Shown: positions 18,462 to 27,966, numbered from the stretch's first letter. The stretch is 64,000 nucleotides of DNA from an uncultured Hyphomicrobiales bacterium (GCA_964388115.1 CAYLYK010000001.1:1001205-1065204), one strand, 5' to 3'. Notes: a model not told the origin generated them from the letters alone. Program-made: numbers and translations.

Positions 18462-20150
18462 TCAGCGCGTATCGCGCCAGTTTTCTATCCAGAGAGTCGT
18501 GGAATAGAGATGGCCGGTCGGCTCGATGCCTTTCAGCCATTTCGGGATAATGAACGTGTCGGTGCGGAAGAACAGCGGCAGCACCGGCAGGTCCGTCGCA
18601 TAGAGACGCTGGAATTCGCCCCACAGCGCCTTCCGTTTGCCCTCGTCGAGTTCGGTTTCCAGCGTGTCGACGATACGGTCCATATCGGCATTGCGATAGG
18701 CGGGATAGTTCTGCCCGGCCCAGCCGTTGTCGGCGGATGGAATTTCCTTCGAGTGCAGCATCGACCGCGGCACGCTTTGCGGCGAGGAGATCCAGGCATA
18801 CATCGCCATCGCTTCCAGCCCACGCTTGTTCAGCGAATTGGCCGAGAAAACGCGCGGCGGTTCGGCCTTCAGCCTGATCTCGATGCCGATTTGTTTCCAC
18901 TGGCTTTGCAGAACCTGCTGCACCAGTTCCCGCACGCGCTGGCCGGCGGTGGTCGTCAACTCCAATGACAGTCGTTTGCCGTCTGCATTGTGACGATAGC
19001 CGTCCTTGATCGTCTTGAAGCCGGCCTCGTCGAGAAGCTGTGCGGCTTTCTTGGGGTCGTAAGGGTAGCGCGGCGTGCCGGAATCGTATTCGGGACGCGT
19101 CTCGGCGATATAGCTGTCGGCGACCGGCTGCTTGCCTTCGAACAGCTTGGTAACGATCGCCTTGCGATCGATGCCATAAAGCAGCGCCTGACGCACGCGT
19201 CTGTCGGCTAGCAGCGGATTGTCGAGATTGAGATCGATGTGCTCGTAGATCAGGCCGGGTTTGTAGACGACGTCGAAACGGTCGCGGTTGCGCTTCTCGA
19301 AGGCCAGGGCTTGATCGAGCGTCAGACCCAGTTCGCCGAGAATGTAATCCACGCTGCCGGACAGAAGATTGGCTTCCAACGCCGCGGTGTTCTCGATGGC
19401 GCGGAAAGTGAGGCGCTTGAAATGGGGCTTGTTGCCGTTCCAATGCGGGTTGAGTTCCAGCGTGATGCTGGAGCCCGGCGTTGCGGCCACGACGCGATAG
19501 GGGCCGTAATAGAGGCCGGGGTTGCTCTGCTCGGTGTCGTACTTGGTGCGCGTGCGATACTGCGCCGGGTCGGCGTCGAAGATCGGCTTTTCGATATGGG
19601 CCGGGAGTGGCTCGGGCAGATAGGCGGTGAAGTTCCAGATCACCCGATCGATATGGATGGTGAGGGTCCGCTCGTCGGCAACGTCGATGGCGGTGATGCG
19701 GCGATAGGTTTCGGCCGCGGTCACCTGCGACTGCGGATGTTTGCCGACTTCCCAGGCGAACACGACGTCGGCGCTGGTCACCGGCTTGCCGTCGGCCCAT
19801 TTCACGCCGTCGCGAATCTTCACCGTAACGGCCATGCCCTTCTTGCCGTCGCGCTCTTCGGGCTTGACCAATCCGTTCTGCAGCGAGGGCACCTCGGTGC
19901 AGATCATGCAGCGTTCCGTCCAGTCCGCGCCGAAGGCGGTGAAAGGCCGCCGCGCCGCCGCCAGGATGATCGACTTCGCCAACATCGAATCGAACATTGG
20001 ATGCAGCGTCGACGGATACTGCGTCGTGCCGATCACCAGTTCGTCCTTGGCTAGTGCGGGCGGGGCTGCGACGGCGACGAACAGGAGAAGCATCGCCGCC
20101 ACGAGGCGGCGTGGACAAATCAGGGCTTTGAGCGATAAGGTTGGAACCAC
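18462..20150 (-). CDS. ABC transporter substrate-binding protein, family 5
   Basis: Signal-like N-terminus KALICPRRLVAAMLLLFVAVAAPPALA. SBP_bac_5-like body. The alternative start at 20093 lacks a charged n-region. Confidence 0.88.
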   Translation of the reverse strand: MVPTLSLKALICPRRLVAAMLLLFVAVAAPPALAKDELVIGTTQYPSTLHPMFDSMLAKSIILAAARRPFTAFGADWTERCMICTEVPSLQNGLVKPEERDGKKGMAVTVKIRDGVKWADGKPVTSADVVFAWEVGKHPQSQVTAAETYRRITAIDVADERTLTIHIDRVIWNFTAYLPEPLPAHIEKPIFDADPAQYRTRTKYDTEQSNPGLYYGPYRVVAATPGSSITLELNPHWNGNKPHFKRLTFRAIENTAALEANLLSGSVDYILGELGLTLDQALAFEKRNRDRFDVVYKPGLIYEHIDLNLDNPLLADRRVRQALLYGIDRKAIVTKLFEGKQPVADSYIAETRPEYDSGTPRYPYDPKKAAQLLDEAGFKTIKDGYRHNADGKRLSLELTTTAGQRVRELVQQVLQSQWKQIGIEIRLKAEPPRVFSANSLNKRGLEAMAMYAWISSPQSVPRSMLHSKEIPSADNGWAGQNYPAYRNADMDRIVDTLETELDEGKRKALWGEFQRLYATDLPVLPLFFRTDTFIIPKWLKGIEPTGHLYSTTLWIENWRDTR

Positions 20151-20905
20151 GCCAGGCTGTCCTCGGTTCGAGCGGTGCTGGGCCGATACTCCGCCGCAAT
20201 ATACCCGCCATAGCCTTGTCTTTCGATGGCGGAAAAGACCGTGGCGAAATTGATCTCGCCGGTGCCGGGCTCATGGCGACCCGGCGTGTCGGCGAACTGG
20301 ATATGGCCGATGCGGTGGAACAGGCGCTGGAAGGTCGGGATCAGGTCGCCTTCCATGATTTGCGTGTGATAGAGGTCGTATTGCAGCAGCAGGTTGGGGC
20401 GGTCGGCGCGGTCCAGTACTTCGATCGCTTCGGACGAACGATTGACCACGAAGCCGGGTATGTCGCGGTTGTTGATCGGCTCCAGCATCATGGCGATGCC
20501 GTGCGGCGCGGCGCGATCGGCGGCATATTGCAGGTTGTCGACCAGCGTGTCGACGTAGCGGCTGCGATCGCCGCCGCGTGGCACGATCCCTGCCACGACA
20601 TGCAGACGCGGGCAACGCAGCGCACGGGCTAAGGTGATGCCGCGATCGACGGCGGTACGGAATTCGCCGACCCGATCGGGCAAGCAGGCCAGGCCACGAT
20701 CGCCGGCTGCGTGATCGCCCGCCGGCAGGTTCATCAGCGCGATGTCGAGGCCGGTAGCCTGCTTGGCCTGCACCAGATCGCCAAGCTCATAGCCCTCGGG
20801 AAAGAAGAATTCGACCGCGCCGAAACCTGCTGCGCGCGCGGCCGCGAAGCGATCGAGAAAGGCGATCTCCGGGAAGAGAAAGGAGAGGTTGGCGGCGAAA
20901 CGCAT
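20120..20905 (-). CDS. Hydroxypyruvate isomerase-family TIM-barrel protein
   Basis: MRFAANLSFLFPE...FGAVEF...MLEPIN...LQYDLYHTQIMEGD...IGHIQFAD. The 478-aa ORF-track call is an upstream run-on into the pyrE region. Confidence 0.85.
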   Translation of the reverse strand: MRFAANLSFLFPEIAFLDRFAAARAAGFGAVEFFFPEGYELGDLVQAKQATGLDIALMNLPAGDHAAGDRGLACLPDRVGEFRTAVDRGITLARALRCPRLHVVAGIVPRGGDRSRYVDTLVDNLQYAADRAAPHGIAMMLEPINNRDIPGFVVNRSSEAIEVLDRADRPNLLLQYDLYHTQIMEGDLIPTFQRLFHRIGHIQFADTPGRHEPGTGEINFATVFSAIERQGYGGYIAAEYRPSTARTEDSLAWFQPYRSKP

Positions 20906-20916
20906 CGCCGCTTGGG

Positions 20917-21648
20917 TCAGCCCCGTGCCGCGGCGGCGGAAGGCGCCGGCCGCATCTTGGCGCCGCCATTGGCAGCCGACCATTCTTCCGGCTTCTCGAG
21001 GAAGGCGCGGGTGGTGTCGAGTCCCTTCTGGTCGAAGTACTTGTACTTCTCGGCCGCTTCTAGCACGTCCCACCAGGTGGCGAGCCCGTGCAGCTTCACG
21101 CCTAGAGAGGCCAACGCTTCGACGCTTTGCGGGAAGATGCCGTAATGGAACACCACGAAAGCGTCGGTGCACTTGGCTTCGGCCTTGCGCAGCGCTTCGA
21201 TGAAATTGATCTTGCTGCCGCCGTCGGTGGCGAGATCCTCGACCAGCAGCGCACGCTGGTTCTTCTTCAGGTCGCCTTCGATCTGCGCCATGCGGCCGAA
21301 GCCCTTGGGCTGCTTGCGGACATACACCATGGGCTTCTTGGCCTTGTCCGCCAGCCAGGCGGCGAAGGGAATGCCGGCCGTCTCGCCGCCTGCCACCACG
21401 TCGATCTTCGACCACTTGATCTTCTCGTCGATCAGCTTGTGGGCGTGCGCCATGATCTTGGTGCGCGCTTCGGGAAAGCCGATGATCTTGCGGCAGTCGA
21501 TATAGACCGGGCTGGCGCGGCCCGAGGTGAAGATATAGGGCTGGTCGGGCCGGCAATGGACCGCCTCGATTTCGAGCAGCAGTTTCGCGGTTTCGCGGGC
21601 CGCTGCCGTCTCGATTTTGCTACGCGTAATTTTCTTAGCGACCATCAT
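20917..21648 (-). CDS. pyrE: Orotate phosphoribosyltransferase
   Basis: FTSGRASPVYIDCRK...VAGGETAGIPFAAWLA...ALLVEDLATDGGSK is the PRPP-binding motif. Start at one of the MM codons, 21648 or 21645. Confidence 0.88.
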   Translation of the reverse strand: MMVAKKITRSKIETAAARETAKLLLEIEAVHCRPDQPYIFTSGRASPVYIDCRKIIGFPEARTKIMAHAHKLIDEKIKWSKIDVVAGGETAGIPFAAWLADKAKKPMVYVRKQPKGFGRMAQIEGDLKKNQRALLVEDLATDGGSKINFIEALRKAEAKCTDAFVVFHYGIFPQSVEALASLGVKLHGLATWWDVLEAAEKYKYFDQKGLDTTRAFLEKPEEWSAANGGAKMRPAPSAAAARG

Positions 21649-21800
21649 TGCCCCCACCCTGAGCGCGCTCGTTCTTAACGGCAAACCGGAAACCCGGCAA
21701 GAGGGCTAACCGCTTACCATTGCTGAAAAAATCGCCATTTTCGATTGTGCGTCGCAATATCCATCCTCGTTACGGCAAATGGAATTTTCCACAGGGATAT

Positions 21801-22442
21801 TCAGAGGGCAATCTGGCCGTGATCGAGAAAAATCAAGCGATCACAAAGGCTTTTAGCGCGTTCCAGATCCTGGTCGGCAAGCAGCAGGGAAATTCCGCTT
21901 CCTGATACCGCGATCAGTGCCTGCTGCAACCGGACCGTGGCATTGGGTGCAAGACCCAAAAAGGGCTCGTCGAGTAGCAGCAATCGCGGCTTGCCCATCA
22001 ACGCCCGGCCCAAAGCCAGCATCTGCTGCTCGCCGCCCGACAACTGCCAAGCCAGGGATGTTCTTCGCCGTTCCAGTTCGGGAAACAGAAGATAGACGGA
22101 GCGGACGATCTCCGCTGCCTGGCTGTCTCGACCCGCAACCGCCAGGTTTTCAGCAACCGTCATGGCTGCGAAAACCCGCCTGCCCTCGGGGCAGAAGCCG
22201 ATCCCGGAGCGGGCGCGACGATGGGCGGGCAGAGCGGCGATGTCCTGACCATCCAATTGCATTCCGCCGGTGCAACGCAGATGGCCGGCTATTGCCAGCA
22301 ACAGGGAGGATTTGCCGGCGCCGTTGTCGCCCACAAGAGCAACGCGTTCGCCGGAAGCAATCTGCAGATCGATGTGGTGCAGCACTGGTGTCGCGCCGCG
22401 CCACGCCGACAGGTCTTCGATGCTTAGCAAGGCCGCGTTCAT
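21801..22442 (-). CDS. ABC ATP-binding protein, LivF-like (short C-terminus)
   Basis: Walker A GDNGAGKSS, signature LSGGEQQML, Walker B LLLLDEP. ATGA overlap with the upstream gene. Confidence 0.85.
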   Translation of the reverse strand: MNAALLSIEDLSAWRGATPVLHHIDLQIASGERVALVGDNGAGKSSLLLAIAGHLRCTGGMQLDGQDIAALPAHRRARSGIGFCPEGRRVFAAMTVAENLAVAGRDSQAAEIVRSVYLLFPELERRRTSLAWQLSGGEQQMLALGRALMGKPRLLLLDEPFLGLAPNATVRLQQALIAVSGSGISLLLADQDLERAKSLCDRLIFLDHGQIAL

Positions 22443-24148
22443 GCGGGCACCGCCTGCCGACCGAAGAAGTGCCGCAAGTCCGCGCGCTCTGCCAGATCGC
22501 CCGGCTTGCCGTCGGCGACGATGCGGCCTTGATCGAGGCAAACAATTCTGTCGGCAAGGGGCAGGAGAAAGCCGATATCATGCTCAACCAGCAGCAGGCT
22601 CAGACCGTCGTCACGCAAGCCCCGCAGCGTTTGCCCCAGCAGCAAGCGTTCGGCGGTATTAAGGCCGGAGGTTGGCTCGTCCAGCATTAGAAGCGATGGG
22701 CTTGCCGCCAAGGCACGGGCGATGTCGACCAGTCGTCGCGTCGCAGGCGCGAGGTCGGATAGAGGTCGGTCTGCGTGCTGCGTTAAAGCCAGTCGTTCCA
22801 TAATCGCCGTGGCTGTACCGCGCGCGTTGGCAAGATGGCGCATTTCGGGGGTGGCTGCGGCAATGGCATCGAGGACACGGATATCGGCGGGCAGCTGATC
22901 CGTCTGGAAGCTGCGGCCGATGCCTTTGCGCGCGCGTTCATGCGTCGGGGCGGATGTTATGTCGGCCTCACGCCAGTCGATAGTGCCGGCATCGACACGG
23001 TCGAAGCCGCTGAGCAAGTTGAGCAGCGTCGTCTTGCCCGCACCATTGGCGCCAATCACGCCGACGATTTCCCTCGGGCCGATTGTCAGAGAGATGTCGT
23101 CCACTGCAACGACGCCACCAAACGCCTTGCGCAAACTCTCCACTCGCAGAACGCTTCCGTCGGATTGTGGCAGGGGACAGGTTGGCTCGACTGGGGGGGC
23201 AAGGGCGCGAAACGGCAGCAGCTTTTCAAGCAGTCCGGCAATGCCGCCCGGCGCGAGCAGAAGCATCAGCAGCATGGCCCCGCCCCAAGCGAAGAGCTGC
23301 CAGCCGCCGATGAAGCGCAGCGTCTCGGGCAGGAAGGCCAGGATCAGCGCGCCGATGATGGCGCCAGCCACCCGGCCACGGCCGCCGATGACGCTCATCG
23401 CCAGCACGTTGATCATCACCGCCAGTTCGGCGATGTCCGGCGCCGCGACGCCGGTAGCCTGCACGTAGAGCCCACCGGCGACGCCGGCGCAGGCGGCGGA
23501 GAAGGCGAACGAGGCGATGCGCCAGCGCGCGGGGTTCAATCCCAGCGCCGGCGCCGCCAGCGGTGCTTCGCGCAAAATGTGTCGTCGCAGCAGCGCAAGC
23601 CCGCCTGGCAGCCAGAAGACGAGGGCGGAAAGCGTAACGACGATCCAGATGGTTATGGTCAGCGGTGCACCGGAATCGATTGCGATGCCGGCAAGGCGCA
23701 GGGGCGGCAATCCACTGAGACCGTTCGAGCCGCCGGTGAGGCTCTCGAAGTTGACCGCCGCCAGCAGCACCAACTGCGCCACGGCCAGCGACGCCAGCGC
23801 GAAATAATGCGACGCCAGTTTCAGCATTGGTGGCGCTACGACGAGTGCCGCGACTGTGGCAAGTCCCATTGCGACCGGCAACAGAATCACTCCGTCCAGC
23901 CCGACGCGCAGACCGAAGATCGCCATGGTGTAACCACCTATGGCGAAGAACGCGCCTTGGGCCAGCGACAGCACGCCAAGCTCGCCGAAAATCCTCTGAT
24001 AGCCGATGGTAACGATGGCGTAGCAACCGGCGATGGCCAGCAACCGCAGCAGATAGGAATCGTCCAAAGCCCAAGCCGCCATAAGCGCGCCGACTATAAG
24101 AACTCCGCTCGAGAGGCGATCGAAGGCGAGGGTGCGATCGGGTTGCAT
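22439..24148 (-). CDS. Fused LivM-like permease + LivG-like ATPase
   Basis: The N-terminal approx 300 aa is multi-TM (AIAGCYAIVTIGYQRIFGELGVLSLAQGAFFAIGGY). The C-terminal part has GANGAGKTT, LLMLDEPTSGL and LLLVEHD. Start MQPDRTLAF overlaps the upstream stop (ATGA). Confidence 0.85.
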   Translation of the reverse strand: MQPDRTLAFDRLSSGVLIVGALMAAWALDDSYLLRLLAIAGCYAIVTIGYQRIFGELGVLSLAQGAFFAIGGYTMAIFGLRVGLDGVILLPVAMGLATVAALVVAPPMLKLASHYFALASLAVAQLVLLAAVNFESLTGGSNGLSGLPPLRLAGIAIDSGAPLTITIWIVVTLSALVFWLPGGLALLRRHILREAPLAAPALGLNPARWRIASFAFSAACAGVAGGLYVQATGVAAPDIAELAVMINVLAMSVIGGRGRVAGAIIGALILAFLPETLRFIGGWQLFAWGGAMLLMLLLAPGGIAGLLEKLLPFRALAPPVEPTCPLPQSDGSVLRVESLRKAFGGVVAVDDISLTIGPREIVGVIGANGAGKTTLLNLLSGFDRVDAGTIDWREADITSAPTHERARKGIGRSFQTDQLPADIRVLDAIAAATPEMRHLANARGTATAIMERLALTQHADRPLSDLAPATRRLVDIARALAASPSLLMLDEPTSGLNTAERLLLGQTLRGLRDDGLSLLLVEHDIGFLLPLADRIVCLDQGRIVADGKPGDLAERADLRHFFGRQAVPA

Positions 24149-25020
24149 CAGGCCCGCCGTCCTGTCGGCTCGCCAAACAATCCCTCCGGCTTCAGCCACA
24201 GCACTGCCAGCAGCATGGCGTACAGCAAAGCCTCCGCCGCGGGCTGCGACAGCAAGGTCGCGCCTATGACTTCGAAAGCGGCCACGACCAGGGCGCCGAG
24301 CAAAGCGCCTTGCAGACGGCCCCAACCGCCGATCACCGTGGCGACATAGGCTTTCAGGATCAGCGCTGCGCCATCCTGCGGCGAGACGAAATGCAATGGC
24401 GCCAGCATCAGCCCGGCGGCGCCCGCCAGCCCGGCAGCGAGGGCGAAGGAGAGTGCGATCATCCGCTTGGTATCGATGCCGACCGACTCCGCCATCAGCG
24501 GGTCTTGCGCCGTGGCGCGCAGCTGGCGGCCGATCTGCGTGCGCTGCAGCAGCAAGTGCAGGCAAAGCAGCAGCACTGCAGCTACAAAGATCGTTGCGAG
24601 AGCCTGGCTCGATAGGACAACGTCGCCCGCTCGCAATGGCGGGCTGTCGATCAGATCGGGTCCGCGCCGCGGCGCCGGACCGAAGAGATTCAGAATCGCA
24701 TTCTGGAGCATCACGCCGATGGCGATGGTGGAGATGTAGATGCCGACCGGCGGCCCGCGGCGCAGCGGAAAATACGCCAGCAGCGATAGCGCAAGCCCCA
24801 GCAGCGCCGAGAACAGCAGCACCGCCGGCGCAATGATGATGCCGGGCAGCTCAAGATGCAGACCCAGCAGCACGGCGATGAAACCGCCAGCCATTACCAG
24901 GTCGCCATGGGCGAAGTTCACCGCGCCGACGGCGTTGATGACCAGCACGAAGCCCAGCGCCACCAGCGCATAGGCCGCCGCCAACGCCAGCGTGTTGAGC
25001 GCAAGCTGCAGGATCAGCAC
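24148..25020 (-). CDS. Branched-chain amino-acid-type ABC permease (LivH-like)
   Basis: LILQLALNTLALAAAYALVALGFVLVINAVGAVNFAHGD. The start is probably the GTG at 25020. The ORF-track start at 25101 would overlap the SBP gene. Confidence 0.8.
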   Translation of the reverse strand: MLILQLALNTLALAAAYALVALGFVLVINAVGAVNFAHGDLVMAGGFIAVLLGLHLELPGIIIAPAVLLFSALLGLALSLLAYFPLRRGPPVGIYISTIAIGVMLQNAILNLFGPAPRRGPDLIDSPPLRAGDVVLSSQALATIFVAAVLLLCLHLLLQRTQIGRQLRATAQDPLMAESVGIDTKRMIALSFALAAGLAGAAGLMLAPLHFVSPQDGAALILKAYVATVIGGWGRLQGALLGALVVAAFEVIGATLLSQPAAEALLYAMLLAVLWLKPEGLFGEPTGRRA

Positions 25021-25040
25021 GGGAGGATTTTTCCCGTCAG

Positions 25041-26153
25041 CTATTGCGTGCCGGCGTAGCGTTCGACGATGGCCGGAACGCGGGTCCTGCCGTCGAAGCA
25101 CACGATGACGGCGTCATGCGCCATGTTGCCCTTGCTGTCGGAGCGGTAGCGCATCGCCAGGCCCTGATGTGGCTGGCTGGCCAGATACTCGCGGACTTGC
25201 GGGCCATCCTTGGCGCCCGATTTCAGCGCCGCCAACATCATCATCGTTCCATCGTATTGCGCCACTGCGAAGGCATCGGGTTCGCTGGAGAATTCTTTTC
25301 GATAGTCGGCAGTGAATTTCTCCATCGCTGGCGAGCCGCCGGAAACCGGCGAGGCGGCCGTTTCGGCACAGACGCCAGCTAGATCGCGCGGCGACAGCAG
25401 TTCGGCGGTGGCAGGCTGGTGCATCGCCGACCCGGCGACGATTGGCAGGGTAATACCTTGGGCACGCGCCTGCGAGATTGCCAACGCGGTGCTGGGCGCG
25501 TGCAGATGCAGGATCAGAACATCCGCACCGGCCGCTTGCGCCTTGACCAGCGCCGGCAGGAGATCCTTCACCGTCGGGGCCAGGCCTTCCTCGTAGACCA
25601 GCGGCGCGCCCAGGCGGGCGAACTGTTCCGCTAGATGCTGGCGTCCGCTCTGGCCATAGGCCGTGGTTTGGTAGAGCAGCGCCGGCTTGCGCTTGCCCAG
25701 TTTCTCGACTGTGTAGCGCGCTTGCGCCAGCTTTACGACGTCGTCGCCAGGGAAGAAGCGAAACACCCACTTGTTGTCGAGCTCGGTGATCTTCGCCGTC
25801 CCCGATACGGTCACCAGCGGAATGCTTTCGCGTTCGGCAAGCGGCAGCAGCGCCAGCATCTGCGTCCCCAGCATCGGCGCCACGATCGCGGGGGTCTTGC
25901 CGCTGCGCAGCGCGCGCTCGAAAGCCGTTACCGCGCCCTCGGGCGTCACGCCGGTATCGATCACCTCAGTTTTCAGCGCGGCGTCGGCGTGTTTCAACGC
26001 CAGCAAGGCGCCATTGCGCTGGCTGGTTCCTTCCAGCGCCAGGAAGCCTGTAATCGGCACCAGGACGGGCAGACGCGCGGTATCGGCTGACGCTGGAAAG
26101 ACCGGCAACAGCAGCAAGACAAGCGAAAAAGCAAACGAGCGGAGTTTAGTCAT
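25041..26153 (-). CDS. ABC substrate-binding protein, LivK / periplasmic binding protein type 1
   Basis: Signal peptide MTKLRSFAFSLVLLLLPVFPASA. Peripla_BP_6-like body. Confidence 0.85.
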   Translation of the reverse strand: MTKLRSFAFSLVLLLLPVFPASADTARLPVLVPITGFLALEGTSQRNGALLALKHADAALKTEVIDTGVTPEGAVTAFERALRSGKTPAIVAPMLGTQMLALLPLAERESIPLVTVSGTAKITELDNKWVFRFFPGDDVVKLAQARYTVEKLGKRKPALLYQTTAYGQSGRQHLAEQFARLGAPLVYEEGLAPTVKDLLPALVKAQAAGADVLILHLHAPSTALAISQARAQGITLPIVAGSAMHQPATAELLSPRDLAGVCAETAASPVSGGSPAMEKFTADYRKEFSSEPDAFAVAQYDGTMMMLAALKSGAKDGPQVREYLASQPHQGLAMRYRSDSKGNMAHDAVIVCFDGRTRVPAIVERYAGTQ

Positions 26154-26357
26154 GGCGGGCTCCCTTGCGCTGGCATTACCCAGATCAGGTTCGTTGGGTT
26201 TGATCTCAGCCGGACGAAAAGCCCGGCACCCCAGCCTGTGCGGCGAAGAATGGGAGCGGCGGCCCGGCTTGTCAACGCGCTCCGGGGGAATTATCTGCGT
26301 TCGTCAAAGGGATATTGGCCGCAGCGTCCTTTGATCGGGTATTCTAGGCAGCGGAAG

Positions 26358-26921
26358 ATGGTGGAAGCAGGACGCGTGCAGCAGGATATCGAGATCGATC
26401 TGAAGGCGCTGGTCGCGGGCGATAAGCGGAGCTGGGATGCCTTTTGCGCCCGCTACGCACCGGCCATCAACGCCGCGGTACGGCGCGCCTTCGGAACCGG
26501 GCGGCCGACGCATGACGATCTGCTCGATGCAGGGCAGGAAGTGTTTCTCAAGCTCTGCCGCGATGATTACAAGCTGCTGCGCGAATTCGATCCCAAACGC
26601 GCCAGGCTTTCGACCTGGATCGGCATCATCGCCTATTCGACAGCCGTCGACTGGCTGCGCCGGCGCCGACCGACCTCGAACATCGATGATGTGCCCGAAG
26701 CGGCGCTCGCGGTGCAGCCGGTCGAGCAGCAACATCTGCAGATACCGGACGGGCTGTTGAGCGAGCGTCAAGCTCTGGTCCTGAAGATGATCTATGACCG
26801 CGAAATGGATGTTCCCGAGATTGCAAAGCTGCTCAACATCGAGGCCCAGACGGTCCGGTCTACCCATCACAAGGCTCTGATTAGATTGAGAGAGCATTTT
26901 CGGGTGCCGGCGGGGGGATAG
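26358..26921 (+). CDS. ECF-type RNA polymerase sigma-70 family factor
   Basis: Region 2 (DAGQEVFLKL...FDPKRARLSTWIGIIAYSTAVDWLRRR) and region 4 (LSERQALVLKMIYDREMDVPEIAKLLNIEAQTVRSTHHKALIRLR). Start at MVEAGRV is assumed. Confidence 0.85.
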   Translation: MVEAGRVQQDIEIDLKALVAGDKRSWDAFCARYAPAINAAVRRAFGTGRPTHDDLLDAGQEVFLKLCRDDYKLLREFDPKRARLSTWIGIIAYSTAVDWLRRRRPTSNIDDVPEAALAVQPVEQQHLQIPDGLLSERQALVLKMIYDREMDVPEIAKLLNIEAQTVRSTHHKALIRLREHFRVPAGG

Positions 26922-26959
26922 TTGCCTCGAATTCGCCGTATAGCCTGCTGAGGACTGAA

Positions 26960-27448
26960 ATGACTGATGAATTTGACCCCATTGAGGCGCGCCGCCTGTG
27001 GCGCCAGGTAGCCCAGCCGGCCCGACGCGACACCGTCACGGCGCTGGAGCTTGCCGCATGGCTGGACGGCAAGGCTGACGCTTCCTTGGCGGCGCGGGTC
27101 GAGCGCGCCATGGCGGCCGACGATTCACTGCTTGAAATGGCGCTGGCTGCGCGTGCTGCCAGCGAAACCAATGAGCCGGCGCCGGAGCGGCTGCTGGTGA
27201 GGGCCCGGGCGTTGGTGGCGCCCCAGGTGATAGGCGCCAAGCCGGCAGGCTTTCTGGCGCGCCTGGGATCGTGGCAACGCGGCATGCAATGGGCGGCGAT
27301 CGGCGCCTGTTTCCTTATTGCTGCCAGCGGCGGATTCTGGATCGGCGATACGGCGAGCAACACGGTCAGACTGTCGGCCGAACCGGCAAGCTTTACGCTG
27401 CTGGGCGTGGATGACGAATCCACTGATTTGTTCGACGAGGAGATATGA
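26960..27448 (+). CDS. Putative anti-sigma factor (single-pass membrane protein)
   Basis: Position immediately after the ECF sigma gene. One TM segment (WAAIGACFLIAASGGFWIG) near the C-terminus. No zf-HC2 motif seen. Confidence 0.55.
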   Translation: MTDEFDPIEARRLWRQVAQPARRDTVTALELAAWLDGKADASLAARVERAMAADDSLLEMALAARAASETNEPAPERLLVRARALVAPQVIGAKPAGFLARLGSWQRGMQWAAIGACFLIAASGGFWIGDTASNTVRLSAEPASFTLLGVDDESTDLFDEEI

Positions 27449-27939
27449 GTATGCGTACCAAACTGCCCTGGATTCTTCTCGCGATTTCCGTTGTGCTCAA
27501 TGTTTTCGTCGTCGGTGGTTTCTTCTACGCCAAAGGCCAGAGCGAAGTGCGCATGATGGACCGGTCGCCGATCATGGCGGCGGTGCGCGATCTTAACCTC
27601 ACTGGTACTCAGAAGCAGGCGCTTGAGAAAATGCGGACAGATATCCGCAAATCGTCGAGCGATATTCGCGACGAGATGCGCCCCTTGCGGCGCGAACTGC
27701 TGACGGAACTGGCCAAGCCGCAACCGGATTTTGCCGCGGTCGACCGCAAGATTGATGATCTGGGCGATGTTCAGAGCAAGAGATTCAAGGCCATGGTCCG
27801 TGCCGTACACGAATTCCAGCAGACGCTGACGCCCGAGCAGCAGGAAGCGTTCCGCAAGGGCATTCGCGACAACATGGGACGGCGCGGATTTCGAGGCGAG
27901 CGGCGCGATCGCGATGGCACGCCGCCGCCTTCGCGCTAG
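27445..27939 (+). CDS. Membrane-anchored LTXXQ-motif protein (Spy/CpxP/ZraP-like 'periplasmic heavy metal sensor' family)
   Basis: N-terminal TM segment, then LNLTGTQKQAL and LTPEQQEAF motifs. ATGA overlap with the anti-sigma gene. Confidence 0.7.
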   Translation: MSMRTKLPWILLAISVVLNVFVVGGFFYAKGQSEVRMMDRSPIMAAVRDLNLTGTQKQALEKMRTDIRKSSSDIRDEMRPLRRELLTELAKPQPDFAAVDRKIDDLGDVQSKRFKAMVRAVHEFQQTLTPEQQEAFRKGIRDNMGRRGFRGERRDRDGTPPPSR

Positions 27940-27966
27940 ACGCGGCTCGACAGTCCGGAGGGGCGG

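Noticed and set aside
17968-20274. 768-aa minus-strand ORF, the longest in the region
   Set aside because: It is out of frame with the SBP and MAPEG genes on the same strand. The sequence is extremely R/P/G/A/S-rich with no domain-like stretches, whereas the SBP frame has a signal peptide and family motifs.
20906-21556. Upstream part of the 478-aa ORF 20120-21556
   Set aside because: Only the last 261 codons (from MRFAANLSFLF at 20905) resemble a hydroxypyruvate isomerase-family protein. The rest is an alternative frame of pyrE.
22835-24349. 504-aa plus-strand ORF
   Set aside because: It lies antisense to the LivM-LivG fusion gene. R/Q/D/G-rich shadow ORF.
26154-26357. Search for an autoregulated ECF-type promoter (GAAC/GGAAT ... 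CGT) upstream of the sigma gene
   Set aside because: The candidate -35-like (TGTCAAC, GGAAT) and -10-like (CGTT, CGTC) elements have spacings of about 10 or 20-21 nt rather than 16-17. There is no convincing promoter call.
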